Positions 36,784-49,969 of a stretch of DNA of 64,000 nucleotides are shown here, one piece after another. Position numbers and translations under genes: made by a program. Source of the DNA: Anthoceros angustus (taxonomy: Eukaryota; Plantae; Anthocerotophyta); contig MU008203.1 of the NCBI GenBank assembly GCA_010909165.1, forward strand, positions 378,765 to 442,764. Direction: 5' to 3'. A model generated the notes under the pieces. The model was given only the letters and a program-made list of their open reading frames with translations, was not told where the DNA came from and did not search any database. Position 1 is the stretch's first letter. Every line of letters begins with the position of its first letter.

Positions 36784-38662
36784 GAGGTGGAGGCCCAAAT
36801 GATGCAAGTCCAATTGCACGTGAAGGTTGGTGGTTGCCATTACGGTGACTAGCTTGGGTATCACCCCCGATGGATGCTCTCTTCGAAGTGCGTCCTCGTC
36901 AATGTTGACCAATACTAATCCCGTAGGTATGTCTTTGTACCCTATGGTGCGGCCCATCTCGGCTCACCCACGTCGGCGGCTCGTGCATCTCCACATCGGC
37001 CCACATCGTCGCTATGGATCCGGACGGAAATGATTTCAAGCGCACGACTTTCGTTGTGGTCGACCTACCGCAGGACGGAAATGGTTTGTTTCAAGGCGCA
37101 GACTTTTCGTTGGAGTGGTAGTAGCTACTACTACCTATATACTAGCTACGCGTTATACTTATAGGACTACTTGTCCTTGGCCTTTGGCCAATGCCTCATG
37201 AGCAAGCTAGAATGTCTCGATAAAAACTATAATAATAATATTACACGCACCATGACCCAAGGACAACAAATGCTCATTGATGGTTTAGCGAATGGCGGCC
37301 TTCCTTTTCCTTTTCCCTCACCCCGGTGCATGCAAGTGAGAACATCACTTTCATTTCCATCAAAATTTCTTTCATTTGTTTACAACTGTGTTTCAATTGT
37401 CCAACTAATCAAATTGATCGAATCCAAGCCATACTCCCTATAGTCACAATTGATATGATTCGGTCATGGAAGTAGTCCTTTCTACCGCTTTCTCTTGCGA
37501 CCGGAATTGCTCGTCTGAGTCAGTCTTGGGGTTGGTTACCGTTCTTTTCGTTTGGTGTGCGGTGGGATGGGATCTGTTGTTCAAAAACTTCGACGGTGCA
37601 ATAGTCCTTCCTCCGAGATGTGGAGGTGTCACGAATGGAACATAGTGGCCAAGTTCTTGTCTTGAACCGCTATCAACCCACGAACCCTCTCAATGCCGGT
37701 GCGTCGAGGCGCAATCGTTTTACTGAGCCGGCTCATATCTTGACTAGGGTTGCGTGAAGCTCTACCAAGTCGATTGCGTATCTATCTTTATCTTTAAGCA
37801 CTTCGTCCGGCACAATGTTGGAAACCGTGAAGTCGTTAGGATCAAAATGTGCATTGTACCCCAACACTGTTGACCATCGCGACCGACTTCAAACACCATT
37901 ACATTCTGCGCGATGCTGGTCCTAGCACGTTCACCGTCGACACGAACACGCGCAATGTCGGGTAAGGCCAGGGACCGGTCGGACCCTCACCGTTGCCATA
38001 GCTCCGCCGTTTTGCTCGGGCGGTACTCCACGTTGGGGAGGTGGAGGCCCAAATGATGCAAGTCAATTGCGTGAAGGTTGGTGGTTGCCATCACGTTGAC
38101 TAGCTTGGGTATCACCCCGATGGATGCTCTCTTGAAGTCGTCCTCGTCAATGTTGACCAATACTAATCCGTAGGTGTGTCTTTGTACCCTAGTGCGGCCC
38201 ATCTCGCTCCGGCGGCCACGCGGCTCGTGCATCTCCACATCGGCCCCGACATCGTGCTATGGATCCGGACGGAAATGATTTCAAGTCACGACTTTCGTTG
38301 TGGTGGTACCGACCTACGCAGACGGAAATGGTTTGTTTCAAGGCGCGACTTTTCGTTGGAGTGGTAGTAGCTACTACTACCTATATACTAGCTCTTGCGT
38401 TATACTTATAGGACTACTTGTCCTTGGCCTTTGGCCAATGCTGTGACAAGCTAGAATGTCTCGATAAAAACTATAATAATATTACACGCACCATGACCCA
38501 AGGACAACAAATGCTCATTGATGGTTTAGCGAATGTGCCTTCCTTCCTTTTCCCTCACCCTCGGTGCATGCAAGTGAGAACATCACTTTCATTTCCATCA
38601 ACATTTCTTTCATTTGTTTACAACTGTGAATTGTCCAACTAATCAAATTGATCGAATCCAAG
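36784..38662. repeat. Dispersed repeat of unknown type: 36784-37428 and 38038-38662, plus an inverted copy at 63935-64000
   Basis: Near-identical ~630-645 bp blocks. 63935-64000 is the reverse complement of ~38220-38281. Confidence 0.85.
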
Positions 38663-39085
38663 TGTGGAATGTAAAAGTTTGGGCAACCAGCCCAAAAGAG
38701 CTGGAGGAAGGACGAATTTGATTTTTTTTGGCTAAAATCGATTGAAGGGGATCATGCCGGGAATTTTCTGAATTCTTTGAAGCTGGAGTTGGAGGGTAGT
38801 GGTGGGGAAGCAAGGAGGATATCCCAGGGAAAAGAAACGGGTCAAAATGACCCCTAGATGAGACAGGAAGGCAGCCCGAAAGGCGGTGGTGTGAGACCTC
38901 GCCAGTAGGCTGCCACACCATGCCTAGGTTCGGAAGAAGCACTACCACGGTGGTGGCGGAGTACTGAGGGGGTAGGCCGACGAGATCTCGGCCGAAGGGA
39001 ATTAGAATAGGGGAATATCCACTATATATGCCCACCAATAGGGAATAAATATATAGAGTAATTAGAAAGCGATTAATTAGGGATC

Positions 39086-40150
39086 TTGTTGTGCAGGCAA
39101 GGAGCCGTGGCCCTCCCTTCTTGCTGTGCATATGATTCTAAGTGATCACACTTTTCTCAATGAGTCCATAAAATTTTTCTAAGTGTCCCACACACTTTGC
39201 GTACATGTTTACCAAGCTGCCACCCACCACCATATCAGCCTGAAGTCCCTGCTCTTCAATCTTTGCATGAAGTTGTTTCCCATGTATAAAGCTGACACAC
39301 ACCCCATAGCACATGCCTGAAAGAGGCACACAAAGGTCACAGAATCGGGAACAGCAATGCCTCCTTCCAGCATTTTAGTGTAAAGAAAAAGGGCTTCCTG
39401 GCACAAGCCCTCGTGCTGTAAAATATCCTGCAATCAGGGAATTCCAAGTTGCCACACTTTTGCCACAAAGACTGTCAAATACCCTCTGTGCATCCTTCAA
39501 CTGCCCACACCTTGTATACATGTTTACCAGGCTGCCACTAACAGCTACATCAGTATCTATCTTCAATCTGTGCATGAAGCTGTTTCCCCTTCCGTATGGC
39601 TGTGGCACCCGCTGTTGCACAGGCCTGCAGGAGGCAAACATAAGTCACAGCAGTCGCAAGTATAACCTCTTTCGACATAGTACTGTGAAGGGCTTCCAGG
39701 CCCAAACCCTCTTGCTGTGCATACCCTGTGATCATGGCAGTCCAAGTCACGACATTTTTTCGTGAAGTCTGTTAAACACCCACTGCGCATCATTTAGGCT
39801 CTCACATAACGTACATGTTGACCAAGCTGCCACCCAAAACAACGTCAGCTCTGAGTCCACGGTCCACAAGTTGCACGTGTCGCTGCCTTCCCTTCTGTAA
39901 CCCTGAGACACCCAGACTTGAACATGCTTGCAACATGCAGATAAATGTTACTGCGTTAGGAGCAACTTCACCTTCTTCTTGCATAGCCTCATAACGGCGG
40001 AGGGCTTCCTGACCCATTTTTCCTCCTGAGCATATCCAGCAATCATCGCATTCCAGGATACCACATCCTTGATAGGGAAATTGTTCAAAACACGTTGCGC
40101 ATCCTTAATGTTCCCGCACTTCGAGTGCATGTCCAGTAAACTATTGAAAT
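39086..40150 (-). pseudogene. PLS-class PPR gene fragment (frameshifted, both ends missing)
   Basis: Repeated P/L/S motifs: [77 protein letters not shown]. Confidence 0.85.
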
Positions 40151-41399
40151 TGAACCCGGGTGCGAGGCCAAATGGATACACATTTATAAGAACGCCGTTT
40201 ATTAAGCATCCTTCGCTCACATCGGTACTTAGATGGGGTGAGTGGATGCTCTTGGTTACTTGCACCAAGGCACACCAGTGTACAAGTTGTTAACTACCAA
40301 GTTGTATTGACCACGGATGCGAAAGAAAAAAAAACGAAGGAAGCATTATTTAAATTATTGTTAATAAAGTAAAAGAAAATAATAAAGGAAGTATTATTTA
40401 AATGATTGTTAATAAAGTACATGAGTGCCAAGTACCTAAGTGAAGGAAGCCTGAGAAAGAAATAATGATTTATATTTCTCTTACGATAAAGGATGAGTAC
40501 GAACTACCCTTCTTGAAAAACAAAATAACGCTATCTAATATCACATTAACTAGTTATTGATTATTAATATGAGTTTATATCACAAGATACTAAAGTAATG
40601 ATTCTATTATTAACTGACTCTAACTAATACTAAAAATATAAGAAGAACTATATAATAATTATGAGAAAAAATAAAAACAAGGAAGATATTTAAATAATGA
40701 AAAAATAAACCATGAAAAACATGAGCTACACCTCACACTCTTAAAATAACTTGAATAACTATCATTGGGCTAGACCACTATTTATTTCAAAGAGTTAGGT
40801 AAGGATTAACAGTCACTTGTTAATAGACTTCTTCCTTGAATGCTTGCCACAAATTAAAAATTGACTGTAGAATTATCGAATTCTATCAAAAATAGAGAAC
40901 ATAAAGAAGTGATAAAAAAAGGTTCTATACATAAAGATTATCTTCTCCTTTTTCGTTGTCCAATAACAAAAGAGCCCTTGGTCAACAAGTTTGATCTGCA
41001 TCCAAGTGACTATCAATCGGGACATGGAGATACGGTGATCGAATCCCCTATCTACCTAATGTACCAATATGTACCATAAGACAAACCCTAATGAACCCAA
41101 ATGTATTAAAAGATAAACCCTAATGAAGATAACTATTGAACCCTAATGAACCTAATGCACTTAATGAACCCTAACTAGCAAAAAAATAACTTTTAACTTT
41201 CTTACTGTTTTTATATTTTCGGCATATTAGTCGCAATTGCCCTGCTAAGCTGCCAGACACACATAGAAGCAGCCATGTTTCGATTCGATTAGTCAAATCG
41301 ATTGTAGAAGCAGTTATGTTTCCATTTGATTAGTCGAGTAACGGCACTAGTGAAACAAGGTAGAAAGGTGAAAAGTTGAAAAAGGTAAAAAGCTAAGTT

Positions 41400-41902
41400 A
41401 GTAGCTGCCCTGTTAAGAAGATGCATGTGTTGCATGCTTCATGCAATCTCTTGTTAGAGGAATTGCGACCACAAATGAAGAGCCTGAGAGGACTCTTAGT
41501 GATTAGTGGTGCAGAATCCCTAGATTTAACTTTGCCTAGTTAAGGTCGGTGGGATATATAAGGGCTAGAGCAAGGGCTTTGAGGAACAAGTTACAAGTGG
41601 GACTCACTCTTTGAGAGAGAGGCAAGCCTGTTGAGGCATGAGAGCTAGCTAGTGAGCTTGTCATGGAATCAAGGCGTGCTTGATTGGGCGTGGCATTCCA
41701 TCGTTGTATTCTTGTAATAAAGAGCACCTCGAGGAGGTCGTCGATGACGGCGGGCTACTTGGAGCCTAGTCGTGTGTGAGGTTGAGGCGTTGAGAATCGT
41801 GCAAGTCTCTTGTGGAGTGAATTGAGGTCCTAGACCGGCTGGGAAGCCGGCCTTGGCGCTTCCTTCTTGTGAGGAGGGGTGTTACTTGAGTGGTATCGGG
41901 CG
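41400..41902 (+). mobile_element. Probable 5' LTR end plus tRNA-iMet-type primer binding site of another LTR retrotransposon
   Basis: TATATAAGG at ~41554. The LTR-end-like ggggtgttac is followed by tggtatcgggcg (41891-41902), a degenerate TGGTATCAGAGC. The left boundary is uncertain. Confidence 0.45.
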
Positions 41903-44900
41903 TAGTCCATTCCTCCGAGTGACTAGAGAGTGCACAAGATGGTCAATGAGAAGCGTGGAGAGGCTGAAGAAGCGGCGGTCTCACGATCATCCGCCTCAAC
42001 CGATTCATCATCGTCGGAACAAGAGGAAGTGAGGCGCCGAGAGCACTGAGCCCATCGAGAGAAGTCGGAGGGAAGAAGCGGATGGTGGAAGTACTTTATC
42101 AAGTTCTTCCGGTGTCTTGACGATGTAATGACTTCAAGGAAGACAAAGAAGGCAGCCCGAAAGGCGGTGGTGTGAGACCTCGCCAGTAGGCTGCCACACC
42201 ATGCCTAGGTTCGGAAGAAGCACTACCACGGTGGTGGCGGAGTACTGAGGGGGTAGGCTGACGAGATCTCGGCCGAAAGGGGAATTAGAATAGGGGAATA
42301 TCCACTATATATGCCCACCAATAGGGAATAAATATATAGAGTAATTAGAAAGCGATTAATTAGGGATAGCGGGCAGGATAGGAAAGTAGGCGTTTAGATA
42401 GGATTAGGTAATTTAGAATGATGAACCAAATCTAAGGGGAAGCCTGTGGCAATCATCCAAGGAAGGCAAAGTGCGCTTGGGCAACACCAACTTTCTCTCC
42501 AGGGTGTGATCTTCCTTAGCGATGAAGGCGGAGCGTAAGAGGAAGGAGAAGAAGAAGGAAAGGGAGGCTACCGCCATACCGCCGCGACTTGCGTAACAAG
42601 GGGAGGCATGGGCCCAGAGAGGAAACCTAGCTAGGGCGCAGGAAGAAAAGGAGGCAAGCACCAGGCCTAGAACACCGAGGAGCTTCTGACCTGAGGTGGC
42701 GAGGAGCACGTTCAAATCGAAGCGGAGGCGAGCGGAGGTGCCAAGTCGGGCGCATGTGACCTCGCGATTGTGGAAGGAAGGGCGCCGAGGAACATCATGC
42801 ACCTCGGGCCCGACACCACATCCCTTGAGGAAGAACCACAAAGAGGAGGTTGGCAGCAGCTGGAGAACTCAAGCCAGGGCTAACGTGTGTTGCAGGGTGA
42901 GTGTTGTTGCCACAACAAGGAAGGGGTGCGTTTAGGTGTGGAATTTTGAAGCTCTCAAATTGGAGAGTAATTCCCTTCCTTTGAAGCACTTGGAGAAGGG
43001 AAAGGCGCCATGCCTCGAGCAGGGAAAGGCAAGGGGAAGGAACCGCCTGCCAAGGGCTCCTCCTCGCGAGGAGGGAAAGGAAAGAAGGCAGCAGCGGAGG
43101 CTGCGCCGCCAGGAGGGGGTGAGGTCGAGATGCCCCAATTTACATGCTTTGCAGGGCAGCTCAACCCCAGGGATTTGGTCGATTTTCGGCAGTGGGCAGA
43201 AGAAGACAACATCCAATTGGGATGGGTGTATGGCCGCCAATGGGCCTACACCAATTTGGAATTGATTGAGGAGTGCTACATCAATCTCCACCAACACGAT
43301 AAATTTGCAAGGGGGTGAATAAACAAACCCTCTTCGTTTGGGGTCGGACCCTCTTGCACGCATGCAGCCCCATTCTGAAACCGCCTTCTGACATTTTATT
43401 GAAAACAACGGGGAAATCCAGAAGTTCACACAATGGCACACGACATGCCATAAACATAGTTTTCACCATTGTTACATTGGTGGTGCCCGGCCATCCCAGT
43501 CCATTTCAACATCCAAGCCATGGACTTCAATGTCCCAACCACAGGGTGATTGTACAACAAAAACTTGATGCATCCTAAGTGGGACCTAAAGTTTCAACCT
43601 TCCTACCTATATAATCGAGAACTGGACTTCCACGCGACTCATCCTACCGAACCGACATCGATCCATAACGACCGCGAGATTGCGCGTTCCATCTCTCCTC
43701 GCCGAAACTGCTGCTTTTCCGTGGCTCGCACTGCCTCTCATCACCCTTGACCCGCCCCCAAATAGTGCTGCTCCAAACAAGATTCAAAGTCCGCTGTCCC
43801 ACGCCTAAAAGCTCCGGCTTGTTCTCATCATTCTTTTCCAGCGAGGGAACCACGAGCCTTTAAACCATCCTTCTCACCGATGCATACCATTCTCGCCCAA
43901 ACCGGGAGGGGCCTCCCATGAGGCTCAAAGTGAGCTCTTCGCGCCCCGGGACCTCGTGCCCATGGATGCTATGGAATATAGTGACACCTCAAGTCCGCCT
44001 CTATGGCGACGGACGCCCACAAAGCAAGGCTAAAATGGCGCTCCGCCCAAGAGCATGCATCAAGCACCCACCCTTCCTTCAAAATGTTTTTATGAGCTTC
44101 ATCATAAGGCCCAGCCGCCTTGGTAACGTGCATACCACCAGCTTGTCATTAGAGGTAAACCTGCCACCATGCTGTCATATGCTGCTATGACCGCCCTCCC
44201 ATTGTTAAACATGCCATCCATGGCATTCTGCATCATCGTGGCCCTATCCTTGAACACCCGTCTCACACCACCCCACCGTCACGACTCCACGGTTTCAAAC
44301 CCTCCTTTGTCATTGCTCATGTTTGTCTTGTCCCATACAAATGACACCATACCTCCTTTCCCCGCACCACTTCCTCATAGACTCTCACCGTATGAGCTTC
44401 CTCCACACCATGCATAACGATAATCCGAACTCTTCGCATGTAGTTTTCTCCGGAAGCTCGAACATCAGATTCATACTTGTGATGTCCATCCTTTGTCCAT
44501 AGATCCTATATCAAAACCTCGGGGACATCCATGATCACTGTGGCATAGTTTCGTTCCTCTCAAATAACATATCCAGACATTTCGCCGACTTGCATCGAAC
44601 TCGCTTATCCGGTTTTGGACATTGAATACTTAAAGCCCGCTTCCGCATCTTTGTCCGCCAAATCTCTTGCTCATTCTCAAGCCCCTTCCGTTGTTCACTC
44701 AATATAAAATGTTGGAAATCCTGGTAGTTTTGTGAGGTTGTCCACATCCTTCGCTTGCCGCCGAAACACAAAGGCATTAGAAACGAACGTCCCACGCGCT
44801 GGCGCGCTGCCGGCCTCCCACCCTTCCCAACAGCCCAAGGGAGTGGGGTTGAGGTGAGGACCGCCTATTCCAGAGTGGGAGGTGGTGGGAGGGCGCCTGC

Positions 44901-46261
44901 CGGCCGCGCCCCGCCTACCCCTCCCATTCATCCACACATTTGCATACCAAGCAGTAGGAAAACAAACATAACAACCGAGACCACCGTATCTTTCCGAATT
45001 GAGTCTCGAAACCGAAAGCAAGCATTTCGTCAAGAGAGTGATGGATATTCTAGCCGGACTTCCTCGAACGATGAGCATCCCAAGTGTTTGGCCATGGCAA
45101 CTTGGATGACGTGGAATTTCTTTCGCAAGGTAATGTCGTCATCCATCCCTTTCAAATCTATTAGGCCAGCCAAAACCTTCTCCGTAGCGGAAATGAGAAT
45201 CTGCTGCCCACAATCACCCGCTGGAATACCTTGAAACGACTTCCAGGGCTTCGCCAACATATCCTTCGGCTTTACATACGTTGCATCCACTTTCTTCGAA
45301 TCTTCTGTCACCCACGCTTCCTTTTCCTTCTTGTTTGTGTGCCCATCACATTGCTCTTCTCGCCTCCGGGCAGTCACCTCCCACTTTGAAAATCTTGTCT
45401 ATATTCTCCCACACTTTGCCCTCCTAACACGATAATTTTTGAAGGGGGATATCGACTTCGCCGAGACAAGACCCCTTGTCACGAAGAACGCCTTTCCTAG
45501 AACAGCATATATGCCCTACTTTGATAATGCGCAAACCCTTTCTGAGGTCATACCTTTGATAAAAATGCACTTTCAAGTCTACACCCGAGAACTGGAGCAT
45601 AATAGGGTGTGGGCCCGTTTGCGTTTTAGTAGAATGCATAGAGGGCTGCCATTTTCATATGTTTATTACAACCGAAAACTTTTACTTTCAAGTGGTGGAA
45701 CACAATGAAAACAATCCGGTACTAGCGGGAGTCTCATTTCAGTGGTCGTGAGAATATTGCAACAAACAACTGCTAAAGGAGGAAGTGGTCATCAAGATCG
45801 ACAATAGCCATTCAAGAGTGCGGCGGCGACTCATCCATGCCTTGCGCAAACGAGTCAAGTACCACCGCCATATTCGAGGCGGTCCATATCCTCCGCCTCG
45901 TTGTCGCTCTCCATTGCTTGCTCGCCTTCAATAGTATCATTCTTGGGCCAGTCGACGGTGTCGATCGCCACAGATCTAGGGTCCCGACCCTCATCCAAAA
46001 GGTCGCCAATCGTGGTCTTCAACCTTCCGCACTCAATGCAACCACTTGGGCTTTAAGGCAATGCCAACGTCCTTAAAATGAACAAAGTTAGTTGCCCATG
46101 CGCCCATGCAAGCATCCTTAAAATCAACAAAATTGAACTGGAGGAGGAGGCACGAGGTTTGAACACAAACCTATTCACTACACTTATTTCCCAAACACTA
46201 GACCAACATTCCATGGTTGAGTTACTCTTGAGGCGCTAAATATTTTTGAAGACAGCCTAGA

Positions 46262-46575
46262 GGAGGGCGGCCGGCGCCCATGGGGGCATGGGGGGGGGCG
46301 CCGGCCGGCGCCCAAGGGCGGCGTGGCGGGGCCGCCGGCCGCCAGCGGGCTAGGGAGGCGCCCGGCCGCCCATGGGCGGGGTGTGCTAGGGGAGGCGGCC
46401 GGGCCGGCCCATGGTGGTGTTAGGGGAGGCGCCGGCGCCGGCAGGGCGGTGGCGGTGCGGTTGGGGCGGGCGGCCGGCGCCCATGGCAGGGTGTGTTAGG
46501 GGCCCGCCCATGGTGGTGTGCTAGGGAGGCCCGCCCATGAGCAGCATCGGGGAGGGCCCGGCCGCGCCTCCTTAG
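46262..46575. repeat. Extremely GC-rich degenerate tandem repeat
   Basis: Recurring ggccggcgcccatgg...gtgtg(c/t)taggggaggc units of ~30-40 bp. Confidence 0.75.
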
Positions 46576-48239
46576 CACCATCCTACGGTGCATGGGAAGC
46601 TAGGGGGACAAGAAGGAACGGGTATCCTATCACCGATGGAAGGTGTGGCCCATTTGCAGAAGGGTTAAAAGATTTGCATCCATAGGTGACCGTGAAGAGT
46701 ATAAGTGGTGGGAAGCCCGTGGACCGGAAGGAGATTGCTATTGTGGAGAATAACATTGGGCTAGTGCTACTTCCTTGGAAGTGGTTTTCACGCGGAAGTG
46801 GATCATACATGACCACTTCAAGTGCTTGGATGAAGCTTTGCTAGATGAGGCATTATTGAGGGACCTCCCACGGATGATATGTATTTGGGGCATATCAAAA
46901 TGCGGGAAGGCAACAGGGAAATGGCACGGATGAATGGGGACATAACGGAACCGAGAGGATGTTTCGCAAAGGCTGCGGCAATACGGACATGCATAACAGG
47001 CCATTCGGATTGGGAGGTCATTGACGTGAAGCGCACCACGACCTCACTTTCTTATCCACTAGTATCGGACCGAGCACATAGATGCGTATGAAGGAGATAT
47101 GTGCAGAACATAGTCCGCCAGAGTGGTAACCCATCCGTCCAATGCCGAGGAAAAAGGGAATAAGATCCATTACCTAAAAACATACAGGAGGTATTTGTGA
47201 ATGAAAGCCATCCTAGACATGGGTTTGTGTTGAACGACGGAAACATCCGTATGCGGTGGACAAAAAGCGATAAGGGATAAGCTCGAAGTTGCGTGGCTTC
47301 ATACAACTGCGAGTGAAAGTGTCGAAGATAGTGATGACAATGGAGGAGAAGTCGACCAAGTGATGACGATGGATTGAACTCGGGATGAGTGAACAAATCT
47401 GCTTTTTCCCGGGTCCCGAGTTAATGTTGTAAGTCCGTCGATGTTTCGTGTTAGGAAATACCGTGGCTTTTGTGGTGTCATAACAAAACCACATTTCCAT
47501 CCCAAAACCGAAGTTTACAATGTTTTGCGGCAGAACGGCCTTCCTCACCGCTCCTACTTTGCATTATTTCCCTAGGTTCGAGTTTCATACCACCATTGGC
47601 CACAAACATTGCCGGATGGAAAGTAGTAATTTTTCTGGTGACACCTTTTTTCGAGTGCTTTCGAATGCCTTCAAACGCTGCTTTAGGGCCCATCAAAACC
47701 CCTTCGTAGATTATTTGGAAAACCCCTTCGAGATTATTAACCCTTCAAAATTATCGTGTTTCCTACTGCCATGCATAAGATATGAGTCCTGTCCACCTTG
47801 TTTTGTTTGTATATCGCTGCTACGGGCCTCATCATCCTCAATAAGTCCCAGAACCTTGTACAAGTTGAATTTCCAAGTCATCGTCATTTGTACCCCTTCG
47901 CGTTTCGCAATCAACAGTTCATCCCTGAGGTACCTGACTTGCTCTATAAAAGACATCTTCCTCCGCTTGTCCGACATAATGTTGTGATGGTAGGACTCTC
48001 ATCTCCTGCAAAGTGAGGCCACAGTACACATGTGCCTCCACATATTGGAAGCTGCTTCCTGTGTGAGATGTTTGCTAAATGTTTCATGGTCGCATATGTG
48101 GTTCCCACCCAGACACCCATGACATATGCTAGGGCCGTTGCGGACTGTTGCTATGACAACAACCGACTCGGGAGCCTGTTGCTATGGTAGCAACCAAGTC
48201 GGAGTTATTTTCCGATAAATTCGGGAAACCTATTTGGGC

Positions 48240-48535
48240 GAAATCACGAAATACCCGAATGGGAAGTAGGGGAACATGGAGGTACTTGATCCATTGCCTT
48301 GGCACCGGATCCTACCTATGGGTTGGACTCTTATGGAGGAGACTTTCACCGACCCATCCAGGATTCAAGAGCTCACCGAGGAGGAGTACTGGCTATCTGC
48401 GAGCACACGAGAGGGAGGAGTCCAGAGGAGGTGGAGATTTTGTGGGAGAGTTTGCCCAACCAGCCAAGAGGAGGAGAGCAAGAGAGAGCATGGGGATAGG
48501 AGGCCTAGGAGGCCTAGAGAGATAATAGGGGTAAG
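48240..48535 (+). pseudogene. Possible chromodomain (chromovirus integrase C-terminus) followed by a purine tract
   Basis: SRNTR..RGTWRYLIH.LG...W...EETFTDPSRIQEL resembles a chromodomain. The purine-rich agagagataataggggt at ~48516-48532 precedes an LTR-like segment. Confidence 0.35.
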
Positions 48536-48803
48536 TGACCACAAATAGCTGAGGCCCATGTGCTATAGATAGATCAAATCTTATCTTCTCTTAGTGGGAA
48601 TTAAGAGATAGGCCTCTAGGACTGTAGGCTAAGACCGATTGGTATTTTGGCAAGCGGCCAAGCTACTTTTGTGGGGTGATCTTGGGTATAAGAGGCCCTC
48701 TTGATGAAATGTAAGCAATGTTGGTTTAAGGTCTTGGTGTTTGGGGTGAGCACGGGGTTTGGGGGTACCTGATCCGGTCGTAAGTCTAGACACTTTCTTT
48801 GTN

Positions 48804-49677
48804 GAGGACCCACAGGAAGGCCAGGAGGATGGCGTTGTGGCCCGCCAACCAGCGTTCCGGGGAAAGGAGGGGTCCCGCCTCGCGGATCATCCGATTGGGT
48901 GCGCCGCGATTGTCAGGGCGGGAGATTGGACCACCAATCCCAAGGCGGAACCCGGGACCTTCCCAGCCCCACCGCCGGCGAAGGAGATAGGAGGAAGGAA
49001 ATAGGATGGTAGGCGGCCGATTAGGGCATACTGAGCTGGCCGTCAGCTCAGAATAGGGGGGTGTAATAAAGACGCCGACCTAGGCGTAGTATAAGAGGGC
49101 TGGGGCTGCCCTGAATAAATCATCTTTTCCTTGGTGTTGATGCCGCGTTCTTGCAGACCTTGTGTGTCTTCAGCGTGAGTCACGAGTCCGGCGAGCCGGA
49201 CCGGAGGGATCGATCAGGGTCCTGGTGACGGACCTAACGTGTTGTGGTGTGTGCAGGGAGTGGTGACTGGGGACCCGTGCTCGTCGAGCGCGGGCCGCGG
49301 ACCGGGCGTGTGAGCCGGAGGGACTTGGGAGGCGTCTGGCGGGGCGGAGGCCCGGTGGAGCAGCGGAGGAGGTCGGGTGTAACCAGCGTCTTCCTTAAGG
49401 CCGATAAGTGTAGTGTGAGAGAGGAGTGGACGAGAGGTGTGAGGCGAGCGGGAGCGGAGCTGTGACAGGTCCTTAAGCGTTTGGCCATACCGGCTGTGCG
49501 GTGTGTTGCGAGTAGTTACGTGAACTAAGGGGTGTGCGTTAGGGCGAGGTGGGCGTAAAGTAAGGCGAAAACGCTGACGCGCAAGCGGAGTCTGTCATTC
49601 CCTTGGGAACGAACTCCTTCCTACAACGACACGGGATTGTGCGCGCCCGGCTGGCCGTCAGCAAAAGTCGCGCCACA
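48804..49677 (+). mobile_element. 3' end of a giant LTR-like unit
   Basis: Colinear with 34740-35617. TATAAGAGGG at 49090 and terminus gcgcCACA at 49677. Begins at the N join. Confidence 0.8.
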
Positions 49678-49969
49678 TATCCCGACACTGAATGAAAGCA
49701 CATATCCATCTTCAATCTCAATAGCCTCTCCAGCGGTCTTCCGAGAATCTCCACCTACGGCGCCTCAATTGAATTCAGCTCTAGCTGTAGCTTGCCATAC
49801 CGGTTCGCGCCGAGAGAATGACGCACTCAGTATGGGAGCTTGGAGAAGTTTGCTAGGGGCAGGGTGGGAATATCTGATCTATGCAATATGACGAGCAACT
49901 TGGAAAAGCAGGATGGCACGAAGTCAAGTATCGGACTAAGAGTTGGACCCACTATATAATATATATATA

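Larger units (their letters stand above)
38663..43318 (+). mobile_element. 5' part of a giant LTR-like unit, interrupted by ~3 kb (39085-42147) flanked by a ~220 bp direct duplication
   Basis: TGTGGAATG begins exactly where the second 630-bp repeat copy is cut. 38867-39084 = 42148-42367. The unit continues to the ORF start at 43010 (MPRAGKGKG...NLELIEECYINLHQ). Confidence 0.75.

Noticed and set aside
41083-41176. aaccctaa motifs as an interstitial telomere (also 60831-60842)
   Set aside because: These are scattered single units, not a tandem TTTAGGG array.
48146-48194. Two RFX X-box-like palindromes (gttgctatgacaac, gttgctatggtagcaac)
   Set aside because: Plants lack RFX factors and the site lies amid TE debris, so chance or a small duplication is more likely.
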